Source: a virus. Taken from it: DNA of 64,000 nt. The stretch lies in the IMG/VR virus record IMGVR_UViG_3300014204_007611; one strand, 5' to 3'. A program made the translations under genes and the position numbers. The notes beneath the pieces are model-generated. The model was not told the origin of the DNA. It did not search any database and was given only the letters and a program-made list of their open reading frames with translations. Positions 27,456 through 37,726 of this stretch are shown one piece after another (positions within the stretch are counted from its first letter, which is position 1; each line of letters starts with the position of its first letter).

Positions 27456-29095
27456 AAGACTTAACAAAACAGGTCACTGCATTCGTTATTAGTTCCGGGA
27501 CGAACCCTAACTTTCAGCTATGCTTGGATGCATTAAAGACACAGACTGTTAAGGTGACTGTCGATATTGTTAAAGATTATAGTCCAATGTCTGTCGCTTT
27601 TCAACAGATGCTAGTACGGTGCAAGACACCATACTATGTCGAAGTTGATGAAGACATGATACTAAACCCAGATTCCATCGAGAAGATGTACGATGCAATT
27701 AAATCAGAGCAAGATCCTAAGTGCTCGATGATTGCTTATAGATTGCTTGATGTTCATATCGACTTCGTGATTTACGGTATCAAGATATACAAGTTCGATA
27801 TATTCAAAAAATATCCGTACGATCTCAGCCATATGTCGTGTGAGGTAGAACAGCTTGAAAGAATGAAAGCTGATGGTTATACTTACAAACTCAACGAGGA
27901 TGTTGTAGGGAAACATTCACCGTTATGGAATAATGAACTCATATTTGAGAGATATTTGAACTTGATGGAGAAGTTCAAGGAGTTTGGTTATGTTTGGCTT
28001 GAGAGTCTACCAAAGAAATTATTCGAGATTTTCAAGAAGGAACCGACAGAAGTCAACTTGTTCGCATTACTCGGCGCTTACACTAGTGTTGTTAGCGACA
28101 CTAGACTGCAGCTTGGAGAAAAGAATTTCACCGCAAAACGCCCGGAATACCACAGAATGCAGAGTTTTTTGGAACAGCCGACATCGGCGACTCTCTACGT
28201 TACGAACAAATGCAATCTTAAATGTAACTTCTGTTGGCGGCAGCATAAAGAGTTAGAAGATTTCCCAGATATGACGGCTGGCGTTATTGATGACCTGTTA
28301 TTTAGGTTCCCATCTATCCAGTCATTATGTGTTTGCGGGTTTGGAGAGCCGTTTTTATGTGAAAATTTCATATCGATAATGCAGTATATCAAGGCACCAA
28401 CATCAACTTTCCATTCATATGGTAAGAATTTATTTGTTGGGTTAATTACAAATGGGACGCTTGCAGCTGAACGGCTACCCTGGCTACGAGATGCTGGATG
28501 TTTACCTGATTATTTATCTGTGAGTCTTAATGCGTCAAACGCCGCCGAATACAAACGGACCACTGGCTATGATCTTTTTGAGCAGGCGCTGGCTGGTGTT
28601 CGTACTAGTGTCAGTTTAGGTGTTCAGACTTATCTGTCGCGTGTATGCGATAAAAACAATTTGTCAGATATAGCAGAATTTCTCGCATTAGCTAAGTCAT
28701 TGGGTGTTCAAGGCGTTCATCTACATAATATACTTCCACACTTCGATGATAATGAGAACAAACAGTTCTGGGATCTCGTCTTAACAAAAAATGATCAAGT
28801 CTTAATCGATGCAATTAAGACTTTACCAGACGCCGATATTGTCCTGCGATATCCAGTACTTATAGCCAAAGATGAAGTTAGAAGAAATTGTTTGTTCCCG
28901 TGGAAGACGATCGGTATTAACGGGAACAGATCAATTACGATTTGCAACAGTGTGTCACCACCAAGGAAAGAAAACGGCACAATTACCGATAGCATCATCT
29001 GGCAAAGCGAATATTGTCAGAAGTTTCGTGAAATGAAAGCAGGCGAACAGTGCGAAGCCTGTAAAAAATGCTTCCGCAATTGGCAGTACGACTAA
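27452..29095 (+). CDS. Fusion protein: N-terminal glycosyltransferase-like domain plus C-terminal radical SAM domain with a SPASM-like Cys cluster
   Basis: YVTNKCNLKCNFCW is the CX3CX2C radical-SAM motif. The C-terminal CNSVSPP...CEACKKCF cluster is SPASM-like. Confidence 0.55.
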   Translation: MKDLTKQVTAFVISSGTNPNFQLCLDALKTQTVKVTVDIVKDYSPMSVAFQQMLVRCKTPYYVEVDEDMILNPDSIEKMYDAIKSEQDPKCSMIAYRLLDVHIDFVIYGIKIYKFDIFKKYPYDLSHMSCEVEQLERMKADGYTYKLNEDVVGKHSPLWNNELIFERYLNLMEKFKEFGYVWLESLPKKLFEIFKKEPTEVNLFALLGAYTSVVSDTRLQLGEKNFTAKRPEYHRMQSFLEQPTSATLYVTNKCNLKCNFCWRQHKELEDFPDMTAGVIDDLLFRFPSIQSLCVCGFGEPFLCENFISIMQYIKAPTSTFHSYGKNLFVGLITNGTLAAERLPWLRDAGCLPDYLSVSLNASNAAEYKRTTGYDLFEQALAGVRTSVSLGVQTYLSRVCDKNNLSDIAEFLALAKSLGVQGVHLHNILPHFDDNENKQFWDLVLTKNDQVLIDAIKTLPDADIVLRYPVLIAKDEVRRNCLFPWKTIGINGNRSITICNSVSPPRKENGTITDSIIWQSEYCQKFREMKAGEQCEACKKCFRNWQYD

Positions 29096-29098
29096 ATT

Positions 29099-29764
29099 AT
29101 GACAGAGAAGTTCCAACCATTGGTTATAGTTGACGGCAAACAAAAATGGGCTCACGTCTCAATTCCGAAATGTGCATGTAGCTCTATTAGACGTGCTCTG
29201 GAGAAGCATTTTAAGTTAAAACCAGTTGAAAAATATGAGATGGTCCATAGCCGGAAATGGCCGCATGTAGAATCGATGAATTGGATTTCTGAGCTTGATG
29301 ACGACTGGTATACATGGGCTATTGTCCGCAATCCTTTTGATCGGCTTGTATCAGTTTGGCAAGAAAAATGCTGTACATCGGCGGCGAGACCAAATCTTGG
29401 ACCACAGCTGCAACGTTTAGTTGGCCAGCCTTTTGATGTATTTTGCAGGACGGTGTGTGCTATTATACAAGAACCACCAGAAGCAGATATACATCTTGGT
29501 TGGTATGTCCGAGGGATTGATACACATATAGCACCGATGTCGCATTTTCTACTTCATGATGGAAAATGCGTAGCCAAAGTCATACGAGAGATGCATGAGG
29601 TAGACTCTTTTTGGTCAGGTCTACAAAAACGGTTTGGTTTTCCGGACTTAGGACATCTCAATATTAGCGTCCATAAACCGCCAGATTGTTATTATACACC
29701 AGAGCTACGACGCCTCGTTGAAGATGCTTACAGTGATGATTTACGCCTCTGGTGGAGTAAATGA
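29099..29764 (+). CDS. Sulfotransferase (Sulfotransfer_2/carbohydrate sulfotransferase-like)
   Basis: IPKCACSSIRRAL resembles the 5'-PSB loop PKxGxT, and IVRNPFDRLVS resembles the 3'-PB motif RDPxxR..S. Confidence 0.5.
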   Translation: MTEKFQPLVIVDGKQKWAHVSIPKCACSSIRRALEKHFKLKPVEKYEMVHSRKWPHVESMNWISELDDDWYTWAIVRNPFDRLVSVWQEKCCTSAARPNLGPQLQRLVGQPFDVFCRTVCAIIQEPPEADIHLGWYVRGIDTHIAPMSHFLLHDGKCVAKVIREMHEVDSFWSGLQKRFGFPDLGHLNISVHKPPDCYYTPELRRLVEDAYSDDLRLWWSK

Positions 29765-30792
29765 TGCAGTATAAAGTTGTCAATCTTGGAGACGATCCGT
29801 GGAGCAGAGACCTTAAATATGAGTTAGTTAATTTACCACATTACAAAACAGCCAAACAGTGGATGCGAAATATCGACATCCCAATGGTTGAAACAGAATA
29901 TTTTCAATGGCTAGAATCACAATTAGTGGAAAACGGCAGCGTATGGAATGGACTATTAAGTAATAGAAAAGACATCATCAGACAATATCACAATTTTAAA
30001 CATCTATTCGAAATAGCTCCAAATTTCGTAGAAGAACAGCCAACAACACAAAAAATCGATGGTGTGTCTTACTATTATGGTCCAATTTGCGTGAAGATCA
30101 GAGGCAGTGGAGAAATCAGGATTTGGGATGGTATGCACAGGACATCGATCTTGCTTGCCACCAACCATCCAATTCGATTTACTATTTGTGAGCGTGAAGA
30201 TGGATGGCTTAACTTATTGAATAGCTTGAAAACATTATATCCAACGATGATGTATCAAGCTATCCCACATCCAGACTTCGCAGATTGGGCGTGCTGCGAT
30301 TATAGTATAAAAGAGCAGCAAATATCTAATGTCGTAATGGATAACGGCATCAAATCAATACTTGACCTTGGAAGCTGCCACGGTCATGTGCTTTATAGTT
30401 TAAGGGGTATCCTGCAGTCAGCCACAGGTGTCGAATACGATCCAGTTAGATATCGCGTCTTGAAGTTGTTATTCGACAAGCTAGGGTTTGAATCATATAA
30501 CGCTAACATTTTTGATGTCGTAAACAAAACAACTAAGCACTTCGACTGTGTTTTCGCGTTGGCGGTGTTCCATCATTTTACTAGAGAAAACACTATCGAA
30601 AAATTCAATACCCTATTAGATCGAATCAGCAGCATATCAGATATGCTGCTCTACGAATTACCGGAACCGGGCGAAGAGCAGCATGCGTGGATGTACCACG
30701 ACATAGATATGCATGCGATCATTCAGTCAAGATATAGAAACAGCACAGTCATACCGATACAAAATAGGAAGATGTTGTTGCTGCAGAATTAA
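29761..30792 (+). CDS. Class I SAM-dependent methyltransferase
   Basis: ILDLGSCHGHVLYSL is MTase motif I; VFALAVFHH is a motif II-like block. Confidence 0.5.
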   Translation: MMQYKVVNLGDDPWSRDLKYELVNLPHYKTAKQWMRNIDIPMVETEYFQWLESQLVENGSVWNGLLSNRKDIIRQYHNFKHLFEIAPNFVEEQPTTQKIDGVSYYYGPICVKIRGSGEIRIWDGMHRTSILLATNHPIRFTICEREDGWLNLLNSLKTLYPTMMYQAIPHPDFADWACCDYSIKEQQISNVVMDNGIKSILDLGSCHGHVLYSLRGILQSATGVEYDPVRYRVLKLLFDKLGFESYNANIFDVVNKTTKHFDCVFALAVFHHFTRENTIEKFNTLLDRISSISDMLLYELPEPGEEQHAWMYHDIDMHAIIQSRYRNSTVIPIQNRKMLLLQN

Positions 30793-30794
30793 CC

Positions 30795-31700
30795 ATGCCT
30801 AAACCATATAGTCTTTGCATTTTGAGTTTGAAGAACCCTAATAGTCTCAATGAGTCTAGAAGCTCAGTGCATATGGTGACATGGGCATTATGGAACGAAT
30901 TCTCCAAGATGCAGCATGTCACGCTAGAATTCCAAAGTATTTATGAGCCTTTGGTTGAAATATCGCCCGATTTTGTTTTATTCCATGCCTGCTTTGGCGA
31001 ACTTGAATTTGGTAGATTGGCGGAACTACGAAAACGCGCGAAATATAAAACAATGTCATTTATGGAGCTGCCACTATCAAAAGAGTACGTCGATTATTGC
31101 TTCATATATCTGCCGCAAACGACTTTTCAACATTGCGAGGAAATATCACTACCATGCCTGTCATCAGCACTAAATGAACATATCTCAACTAAAGTGCCCG
31201 GTAGTATCCTATTAGACCACATGTGGCCTCCATATCATAGGACACAAAAAGAGTGGAGTCAATATTTATATGAGTGGCTGTCTTCTTATCGAAAACATGC
31301 AAAATGCTCGATATCACAGTTACGTAGAGGTGGGTGCGAATCGATAGAGAAATTTCCGCCTTGGGTCACCCCGATACCAGAAAAACCATATACTGAATAT
31401 TTAGATGCCACTGCGCATTTTGAGACTTACATCTTAACACATCCAGGCAGTTACGAACACAGCGTTATTGATATGGCATATCGAGGCACACGTGTGCTTG
31501 TGCCTGTAATGCACGGACAGCCATTTATTCCGAAGTCAACAATAGAGCGATTAAATCTACAAACTTTTACTAGTAGATTAGATCTGTTGGCTTTATTAAG
31601 AGCACCAACTCAAGTTAAGCATAATCGTCAGTCATTTACTGATGCTGCTGAGATTGCATTGCGAATCGACAATTACTGTCAGAAAACCTTGGAGGCTTAA
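30795..31700 (+). CDS. Hypothetical protein within the glycan-tailoring operon
   Basis: 301-aa ORF, same strand, tightly packed between two methyltransferase genes. Confidence 0.4.
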   Translation: MPKPYSLCILSLKNPNSLNESRSSVHMVTWALWNEFSKMQHVTLEFQSIYEPLVEISPDFVLFHACFGELEFGRLAELRKRAKYKTMSFMELPLSKEYVDYCFIYLPQTTFQHCEEISLPCLSSALNEHISTKVPGSILLDHMWPPYHRTQKEWSQYLYEWLSSYRKHAKCSISQLRRGGCESIEKFPPWVTPIPEKPYTEYLDATAHFETYILTHPGSYEHSVIDMAYRGTRVLVPVMHGQPFIPKSTIERLNLQTFTSRLDLLALLRAPTQVKHNRQSFTDAAEIALRIDNYCQKTLEA

Positions 31701-31701
31701 C

Positions 31702-32328
31702 ATGGATATTGCTGCCGACATCACAAAATTTAGTGATATGACCGATATTGAAAATTTCGGATCTGAATATCTAGGATATCCAGCACAACAAACCCATTTA
31801 GCTTATCAGGTATTTGCCGATTTTCTCGAAGCAATCAAACCAAGTAGGATACTTGAAATCGGTACAGGTGGTGGCGGCTTCACCAACTTCCTATTCACCG
31901 TGACAACTGAACTTGGTTTAGGCTGTCAGCTTATATCATATGACATCTGCGAACGACCGTCATATTCCGATCTCAGGGTCAAAGGAGTCGACATACAAAT
32001 ACAAAATGTTTTTGATGTCGACGATTGCAAACAACATATCAAAGACTTCATCAAACAAGACGGCACTACTCTTGTTCTGTGCGATGGTGGAAACAAAAAG
32101 AATGAATTCGTAATATTGTCCGCTGTAATCAAGCCAGGGGATTATATTATGGCACACGATTACTGCGAAAATTCAGATAAGTTCTATTGTGATATGTTCA
32201 AAAAGAGATGGAATTGGTATGAAATCTGCGACAAGGATATAGAGCAAGCATGCAACGATAATCATCTAATCCCTCACAATAAAGACGCTTTTGATAACGT
32301 AGCATGGGTCTGTAGGACCCGTGTTTGA
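31702..32328 (+). CDS. CmcI/rhamnosyl-O-methyltransferase-like SAM methyltransferase
   Basis: ILEIGTGGGGFTNFL...LCDGGNKKNEF. ATG at 31702 directly after the previous stop. Confidence 0.5.
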   Translation: MDIAADITKFSDMTDIENFGSEYLGYPAQQTHLAYQVFADFLEAIKPSRILEIGTGGGGFTNFLFTVTTELGLGCQLISYDICERPSYSDLRVKGVDIQIQNVFDVDDCKQHIKDFIKQDGTTLVLCDGGNKKNEFVILSAVIKPGDYIMAHDYCENSDKFYCDMFKKRWNWYEICDKDIEQACNDNHLIPHNKDAFDNVAWVCRTRV

Positions 32329-32353
32329 TAGATGGGTTTCCTCAGTTTTTTCG

Positions 32354-32369
32354 TACGGTCGCGACCGTA
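32354..32369 (+). promoter_or_regulatory. Perfect 16-nt palindrome, a candidate operator or weak terminator
   Basis: TACGGTCGCGACCGTA, preceded by a T6 tract, lying between the methyltransferase gene and the sbcC-like gene. Confidence 0.3.
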
Positions 32370-32406
32370 TTAATAAAATGAGACATCGAAACCCAGGTAT
32401 AAGAAA

Positions 32407-34590
32407 ATGATCGACCTAGAATCAGTCAATATCGAGAACTTCATCAGTTGGGGTCCGTATAATTCGACGCTCAAATTGGCTGGTATGGAGCAGTGCTTCA
32501 TAGTTGGCAATGTTCTAGATAGGGACGACGCATACGGTAAATCGAACGGCTCCGGTAAAAGTTCCATGATGCAGGCTATATTATGGTGCCTGTCTGGAAA
32601 AACGGTCTATAATCAAAATCCGGGCGATAAGATTCTTAATTGGTTTTCTTCCGGTAATGCCAAGGTCGGCCTAAGATTCAAAAATGGCGATGAATTAACT
32701 CGTATTAGAACTCGCCAAGGTGATACTGAGCTCCTATTTAGACGCGGCACACAAGAAATAATCAACTGCACCCTCTCAACCACTGGGAACCAACAAAGAT
32801 TACTAGATAAAGAATTAAAATTCGATTACAGCCTATTCTGTGGATCTGTTTTCTTTTCTCAATATCGACAGCCGTGGCTTGCTATGCAAGACCAGGCAAG
32901 ACGACAAGCTTTTGAACGCATCATGGGCATAGACCGTTTATCAATCTATGCCGAAGTTGCGAAAGACAAATACGACAGAGCATTAGCCGAGCAAGAGAAG
33001 AGAAAAACAAAAATAGCCGGTTTCCAATCAACCATAACCACACTTATGCAGCAGTTTGAGACTGCCCAAAGCTCGTCATCAACATTCGAATCAAGTCGCA
33101 ATGAACGGCGTGCCGCCAAAATAAAGCTGGCAAAAGAATATGAAGAAAAAGCAGCTAAATGTGTCTTGATTGATACTATTGCATTAGCAAAAAAATGGAC
33201 CATAGTCGATAAGATTAACGCTAAGATATCGGAAATTCAGTCACAGATCACAGCCGCAGATACTGGCATAACTAGTGCAGAGACTACGAGGCTAAATACT
33301 ATCATGCGTCTGCGTCAAGAAGCGCAGACAGCAAAAGATGTGGCGTCACAATCGTCGGACACTGAGGAAGAATCAATCCAAGATACGTGTGACGCCGCCA
33401 CCAAGGTCAAACAGAGTGAAATCGATGCTCTGAATAAACAGATATTGGCTATTCAGAGTAAAAAAGCCATACAAGATGGAGTGATAAGCTCGCAAAATGC
33501 AATCATCAAGAGGTGGGAAGATAAAGCGGGCAAGATATGCGTTGAATGCGAACGAGAGCTTCCGCAAGATTATGCAAACAGCAAAATCGATGGTCCTAAG
33601 TCTGTAAAAGCTACCGCAGAACATGAGATTCTAAAACTGCAAAAAGACATAGGTGCCCTCGAAGCCAAAATAGCTAAAATCAACAAACAAATCGAAAAAC
33701 TCGAATCACAGGCAGAAGCCGATATAGCGGCGGCTTCTGCAAAATCGGTGGCCGCAATAGCTGCCATCGACAAACAACTAGAAACATCAATAAGTGATGC
33801 TAATACACTCGCAGCTTCTGCGAAAGCTGATCTACAAGTCAAAAAGAAACAACTTGAACATCTGACCGTAGCAACTAAGAAGAAACTTGAAATAACAAAA
33901 CCAGAGATAACTGTCAATGAAGCGAATGCTACAAATTCGCAACGAGATACACTATTAGGGTCGATGCGTCAAGCTCTGAAGGATGCCGAGGATATCACCG
34001 CCGAAAAGAACACCCATACCAAATCGATTATTGAACTTGGGCAAGAAATCAAGAAGAATGAGGATCAAGTCAAGGCTGAGCAGAAAGACCTGGCCACATA
34101 TGATATCATTCTTACACATCTGTTGTATATACAAAAGGCTTATAGCGATCGTCGAAAGATTAAGAGCTATTTGATCAGCCGTCATCAACCATACTTCAAT
34201 TCAAGATTACATCATTACCTTGATCTATTTAGCCTAGATATCAAAGTGTCGTTGACTGATTCGTTGGGAATCGAGAGCAACCTTTGGGGCTATGACTTTC
34301 AGAGTGGCGGGGAACGTGGCAGAACCGATCTAGCTTTTATGTTCGCCGTATTCGACCTGCATCAAGGTATCCATGGTCCGCAGTGTAATATTTTGGTGCT
34401 AGACGAACCGGAAAAAGCTCTTGATGAATCTGGCCGCCAGATGCTCATAAGCGTAATCAAAGATGATTTGGCAACTAGATTCGAATCCATTTTTATCATC
34501 TCGCATAGCGATTGCTTCCACGACGTCTTTCCACACCAGATTACTGTTGAAAGAACCGATAGGTTCTCGCACATCACCGACATCAGATAA
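32407..34590 (+). CDS. SbcC/Rad50-like SMC-family ATPase (T4 gp46 analog)
   Basis: Walker A GKSNGSGKSS at the N-terminus, a long coiled-coil middle, a QSGGERG signature and a LVLDEPEKALD Walker B/D-loop at the C-terminus. Confidence 0.7.
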   Translation: MIDLESVNIENFISWGPYNSTLKLAGMEQCFIVGNVLDRDDAYGKSNGSGKSSMMQAILWCLSGKTVYNQNPGDKILNWFSSGNAKVGLRFKNGDELTRIRTRQGDTELLFRRGTQEIINCTLSTTGNQQRLLDKELKFDYSLFCGSVFFSQYRQPWLAMQDQARRQAFERIMGIDRLSIYAEVAKDKYDRALAEQEKRKTKIAGFQSTITTLMQQFETAQSSSSTFESSRNERRAAKIKLAKEYEEKAAKCVLIDTIALAKKWTIVDKINAKISEIQSQITAADTGITSAETTRLNTIMRLRQEAQTAKDVASQSSDTEEESIQDTCDAATKVKQSEIDALNKQILAIQSKKAIQDGVISSQNAIIKRWEDKAGKICVECERELPQDYANSKIDGPKSVKATAEHEILKLQKDIGALEAKIAKINKQIEKLESQAEADIAAASAKSVAAIAAIDKQLETSISDANTLAASAKADLQVKKKQLEHLTVATKKKLEITKPEITVNEANATNSQRDTLLGSMRQALKDAEDITAEKNTHTKSIIELGQEIKKNEDQVKAEQKDLATYDIILTHLLYIQKAYSDRRKIKSYLISRHQPYFNSRLHHYLDLFSLDIKVSLTDSLGIESNLWGYDFQSGGERGRTDLAFMFAVFDLHQGIHGPQCNILVLDEPEKALDESGRQMLISVIKDDLATRFESIFIISHSDCFHDVFPHQITVERTDRFSHITDIR

Positions 34591-34606
34591 TAGGAGCGTT
34601 TGAATA

Positions 34607-35791
34607 ATGGATAGCTCAGATGGCCAATCGGCGTTGGTCGCCGAGCCGCCGAGTTCTAAAACACAAAATTTTCGCGAGCGTTATTTTCCAGATATAACCG
34701 ACGAGGATTGGGACGACTGGCGATGGCAGTTAAATAACAGGTATACGACTAAAGAACAGCTAGAATCCGTCATCGACCTCAGCAGCAAAGAGAGCATGGC
34801 AATGGTGAAACTCCATTGCCTCGGAAGATTAGCAATCAACATAACGCCATATTACCTCAGTCTAATCTCACCGACCGATCCGAACCATCCACTTCGACGA
34901 ACTGTTATCCCGACTTTAGACGAATTCTATACGTCAGTCGAAGAGGCAACCGACCCTCTAGCTGAAGACAAAGACACCCCAGTTCCGAAGCTTGTGCACC
35001 GATATAAGGATAGAGCACTCCTTTTAGTAGCTGGACAATGTGCTAGCTACTGCCGATATTGTACGAGATCAAGACTAGTTTGCGTCCAAAACGCAAAACC
35101 GGCTACGCAGCCGCAACTAAATGCCGCAATTGCGTATATCAGACAAAATACCAATATCAGAGATGTCATTGTATCTGGCGGCGACCCGCTATTGTTTGCA
35201 GATGGAGACTCAATTAGAGGCGGCAAACTCGATTCGATTTTATATGAATTGCGGCATATCAAACATGTAGAAATCATCAGAATCGGCACCAAAGTACCGG
35301 TAGTGTTGCCACAACGAATCACACTGAAGTTATGTAAGACACTGAAGAAATATCACCCATTATTTATGAGCGTCCATTTTACACACCCAGATGAACTGAC
35401 ACCGGAATGTGTAAAAGCTTGTACGATGTTGGCTGATGCAGGAATTCCGTTGGGATCACAGACGGTATTACTATCTGGCATTAATGATAATATCGAAACG
35501 ATGAAATCATTAATGCATAAACTGTTGATGGCGCGTGTCAGACCATATTACCTCTACCAGTGCGACCCGGTTGTAGGAACCGCCCACTTCAGAACTCCTA
35601 TCTCAAAAGGTATAGAAATTATCGAAGGTCTGCGAGGACATACCTCGGGATACGCAATTCCAACATTTGTAGTCGACGGACCGGGCGGTCGCGGAAAGAT
35701 ACCATTGCAACCAAATTATGTGATAGGCCAAGATGAGAATGGCACTACTCTCCGCAACTTCTGCGGAGAGATCTGTCATTATCCTGGATAA
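34607..35791 (+). CDS. KamA-family radical SAM aminomutase (lysine 2,3-aminomutase/EpmB-like)
   Basis: CASYCRYCTRS is the KamA CxxxCxxC motif, in the KamA-family context ITPYYLSLISP. The gene has a TAGGAG ribosome-binding site. Confidence 0.7.
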   Translation: MDSSDGQSALVAEPPSSKTQNFRERYFPDITDEDWDDWRWQLNNRYTTKEQLESVIDLSSKESMAMVKLHCLGRLAINITPYYLSLISPTDPNHPLRRTVIPTLDEFYTSVEEATDPLAEDKDTPVPKLVHRYKDRALLLVAGQCASYCRYCTRSRLVCVQNAKPATQPQLNAAIAYIRQNTNIRDVIVSGGDPLLFADGDSIRGGKLDSILYELRHIKHVEIIRIGTKVPVVLPQRITLKLCKTLKKYHPLFMSVHFTHPDELTPECVKACTMLADAGIPLGSQTVLLSGINDNIETMKSLMHKLLMARVRPYYLYQCDPVVGTAHFRTPISKGIEIIEGLRGHTSGYAIPTFVVDGPGGRGKIPLQPNYVIGQDENGTTLRNFCGEICHYPG

Positions 35792-35801
35792 AATATAAAT
35801 T

Positions 35802-36332
35802 ATGGATCGCTTTGCAGACAAACTACGCACTGCCCTGAATAACGATGTTGCCGAAAGGCTTCTAGTTCGTTATTTCGCTAGCAAGGGATTTGATAAGACA
35901 AAGCTCGATCAACAACTCTACCCACCACTCATCCAAGATATGCAGTTTGCAATATCTGAGATGTCTGATAAAATAGAAGTTGTCCCGCATGTCAGGAATA
36001 TCGATCCTCTCGGCGACACAGCAAGATTAGGGTGGAATTTGTTCGTCCTCGGCAATCAGCGATGCTATCTTGGCGAGACATTTCATATGGGGTTGAAGCG
36101 ACTTACTCTTCAACTTCAGCACGGACAGATCTTAGCTGAAGATCAGTCTGCTACACGGCAGACAACGCCGCGACGAATAATCAAGTTTATAGCACGAGTT
36201 TTCGAGCAGCATGAGGAGGGTTATATCAACCTTACTCCTCGAATCATCCCGTTGCCCTATCAGCATCCGAGAGCTTCTGGTCTTGGAATGGCTCAACAGT
36301 TCTGGAGTAAGCCTGGCGGGCCGAAGTGGTAA
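35802..36332 (+). CDS. Hypothetical protein, co-directional with the KamA-like gene
   Basis: 176-aa ORF starting 11 nt after the KamA stop. Confidence 0.4.
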   Translation: MDRFADKLRTALNNDVAERLLVRYFASKGFDKTKLDQQLYPPLIQDMQFAISEMSDKIEVVPHVRNIDPLGDTARLGWNLFVLGNQRCYLGETFHMGLKRLTLQLQHGQILAEDQSATRQTTPRRIIKFIARVFEQHEEGYINLTPRIIPLPYQHPRASGLGMAQQFWSKPGGPKW

Positions 36333-37679
36333 TCAATCGGTCCCGACAGCCACACCATGTGCGATCAGCTGTAACCCTATAGTCTGCTGATATTGTTTGA
36401 TGTCCTTGGATGTGCATCCAAGGAATTTCGCCATCCGATTGTTGTGCGGAATTCCTTGATTCACTTTTGGCGTATCTGGGTACTGCTTGACGAAATCTTG
36501 GTAGATTGGTCCAGTACCAGATAGCAATTGAAAGACTGCTTGGCAATGTCCATCTGGTAAGCAGTCTTGCACGTGAGCAATGATCTCACGTACTTCAACG
36601 GCGGCTGTGCTGTCTTCGAGCATGTGTTGATCCTCTAGTTGTGATATAACATCTATCGAATCACCATCATCATCTCGGTGCCCGACAACATTATTCACAA
36701 TTTGAACTTCTGAATTGACAGATGCGGAAAATTCGGTATACGGTGCCTGTCCCTGCATGTCACGAATGACGATATAATTGGGACTGATGACAACCTCTCC
36801 ACCGAGAGATACAAGGCGTTCCCTGATTTCCCAGAACCGTGGGTAGAAGTCAGTTGGTGATAATAGCATCGGATCGCATGCGATAGCATAGCAAGCGTCG
36901 TCAATTGGAAAGGATGGATTACGTTCTGGGACTCCATGATAGACGTGAAAGGCTTTGAGATCAGCCAGTAATAGATTAATAGCGTCAGCAGCAGTTTTGT
37001 CGGTCGGGCCAAATAGACCTACCGTTCGCTTCTGATGTTTGGTTATCGGATTTTCAAGCAGAATCTGCCTGAAATAATTCCAAATGAAAGACCCGAAGAA
37101 CTTTTTCAGTTGCTCCGGGTCATTGAGGATTCGCTCTGGATCTTCGACCTTTGGTGCTCCGTGGGTCGCGACAATTGGGCTCTTTATTATCGGCGGGCGT
37201 TTATTCTCACGTTCCATCCGATCCACTAAGAACAGATATTCGTCTTGCGACAGCGAGGCACCTTCTTGGAAAACGCTGTCGCCTGGGTCAGATATCAGGC
37301 AAGAGCCGCAGGAAGGACAGAAATCAAAGCGGCGGTTGAATGGAGTAATTCGATTGCTCTGGCTAACAAATGAAGTATTATGACACAAAGAGCATTCGAA
37401 ACTATAATCGGTATGATAGAGGAGGTGGACAAGGCCGCGCCAGACTGCTATTCTGAATTCTTCCTGTGCCGCATTGATGTTGTCGTGGTAATCGGCAGCT
37501 ATTGTTGATCCAAGCTGATAAATAAATTCTTGCCGGTGTCCAGCGAGCACTTCATGCTCTCCGACAGTAACCATTAACTCCTCAATTCTGGCTTGCTGCT
37601 CCTCGGTCAGGCCCCGCATCGTCACGTTGGCGAGCGAGCCGCGTAAGAAGACTTCCGATAATTGTCTTACTTTGGACAT
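36333..37679 (-). CDS. Hypothetical protein with Cys clusters
   Basis: 448-aa ORF, divergent from the gp55-like gene; FECSLCHN...CPSCGSC cysteine motifs. Confidence 0.45.
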   Translation of the reverse strand: MSKVRQLSEVFLRGSLANVTMRGLTEEQQARIEELMVTVGEHEVLAGHRQEFIYQLGSTIAADYHDNINAAQEEFRIAVWRGLVHLLYHTDYSFECSLCHNTSFVSQSNRITPFNRRFDFCPSCGSCLISDPGDSVFQEGASLSQDEYLFLVDRMERENKRPPIIKSPIVATHGAPKVEDPERILNDPEQLKKFFGSFIWNYFRQILLENPITKHQKRTVGLFGPTDKTAADAINLLLADLKAFHVYHGVPERNPSFPIDDACYAIACDPMLLSPTDFYPRFWEIRERLVSLGGEVVISPNYIVIRDMQGQAPYTEFSASVNSEVQIVNNVVGHRDDDGDSIDVISQLEDQHMLEDSTAAVEVREIIAHVQDCLPDGHCQAVFQLLSGTGPIYQDFVKQYPDTPKVNQGIPHNNRMAKFLGCTSKDIKQYQQTIGLQLIAHGVAVGTD

Positions 37680-37726
37680 ACAAACATTCCTTCGCGTGTA
37701 TTAGAAAAATAGAAAGGGACTTCTTG

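Noticed and set aside
33373-34188. Antisense ORFs within the sbcC-like gene (33373..33624-, 33570..33917-, 33955..34188-)
   Set aside because: They mirror the coiled-coil coding region and are Ala/Ser/Cys-rich shadows of it.
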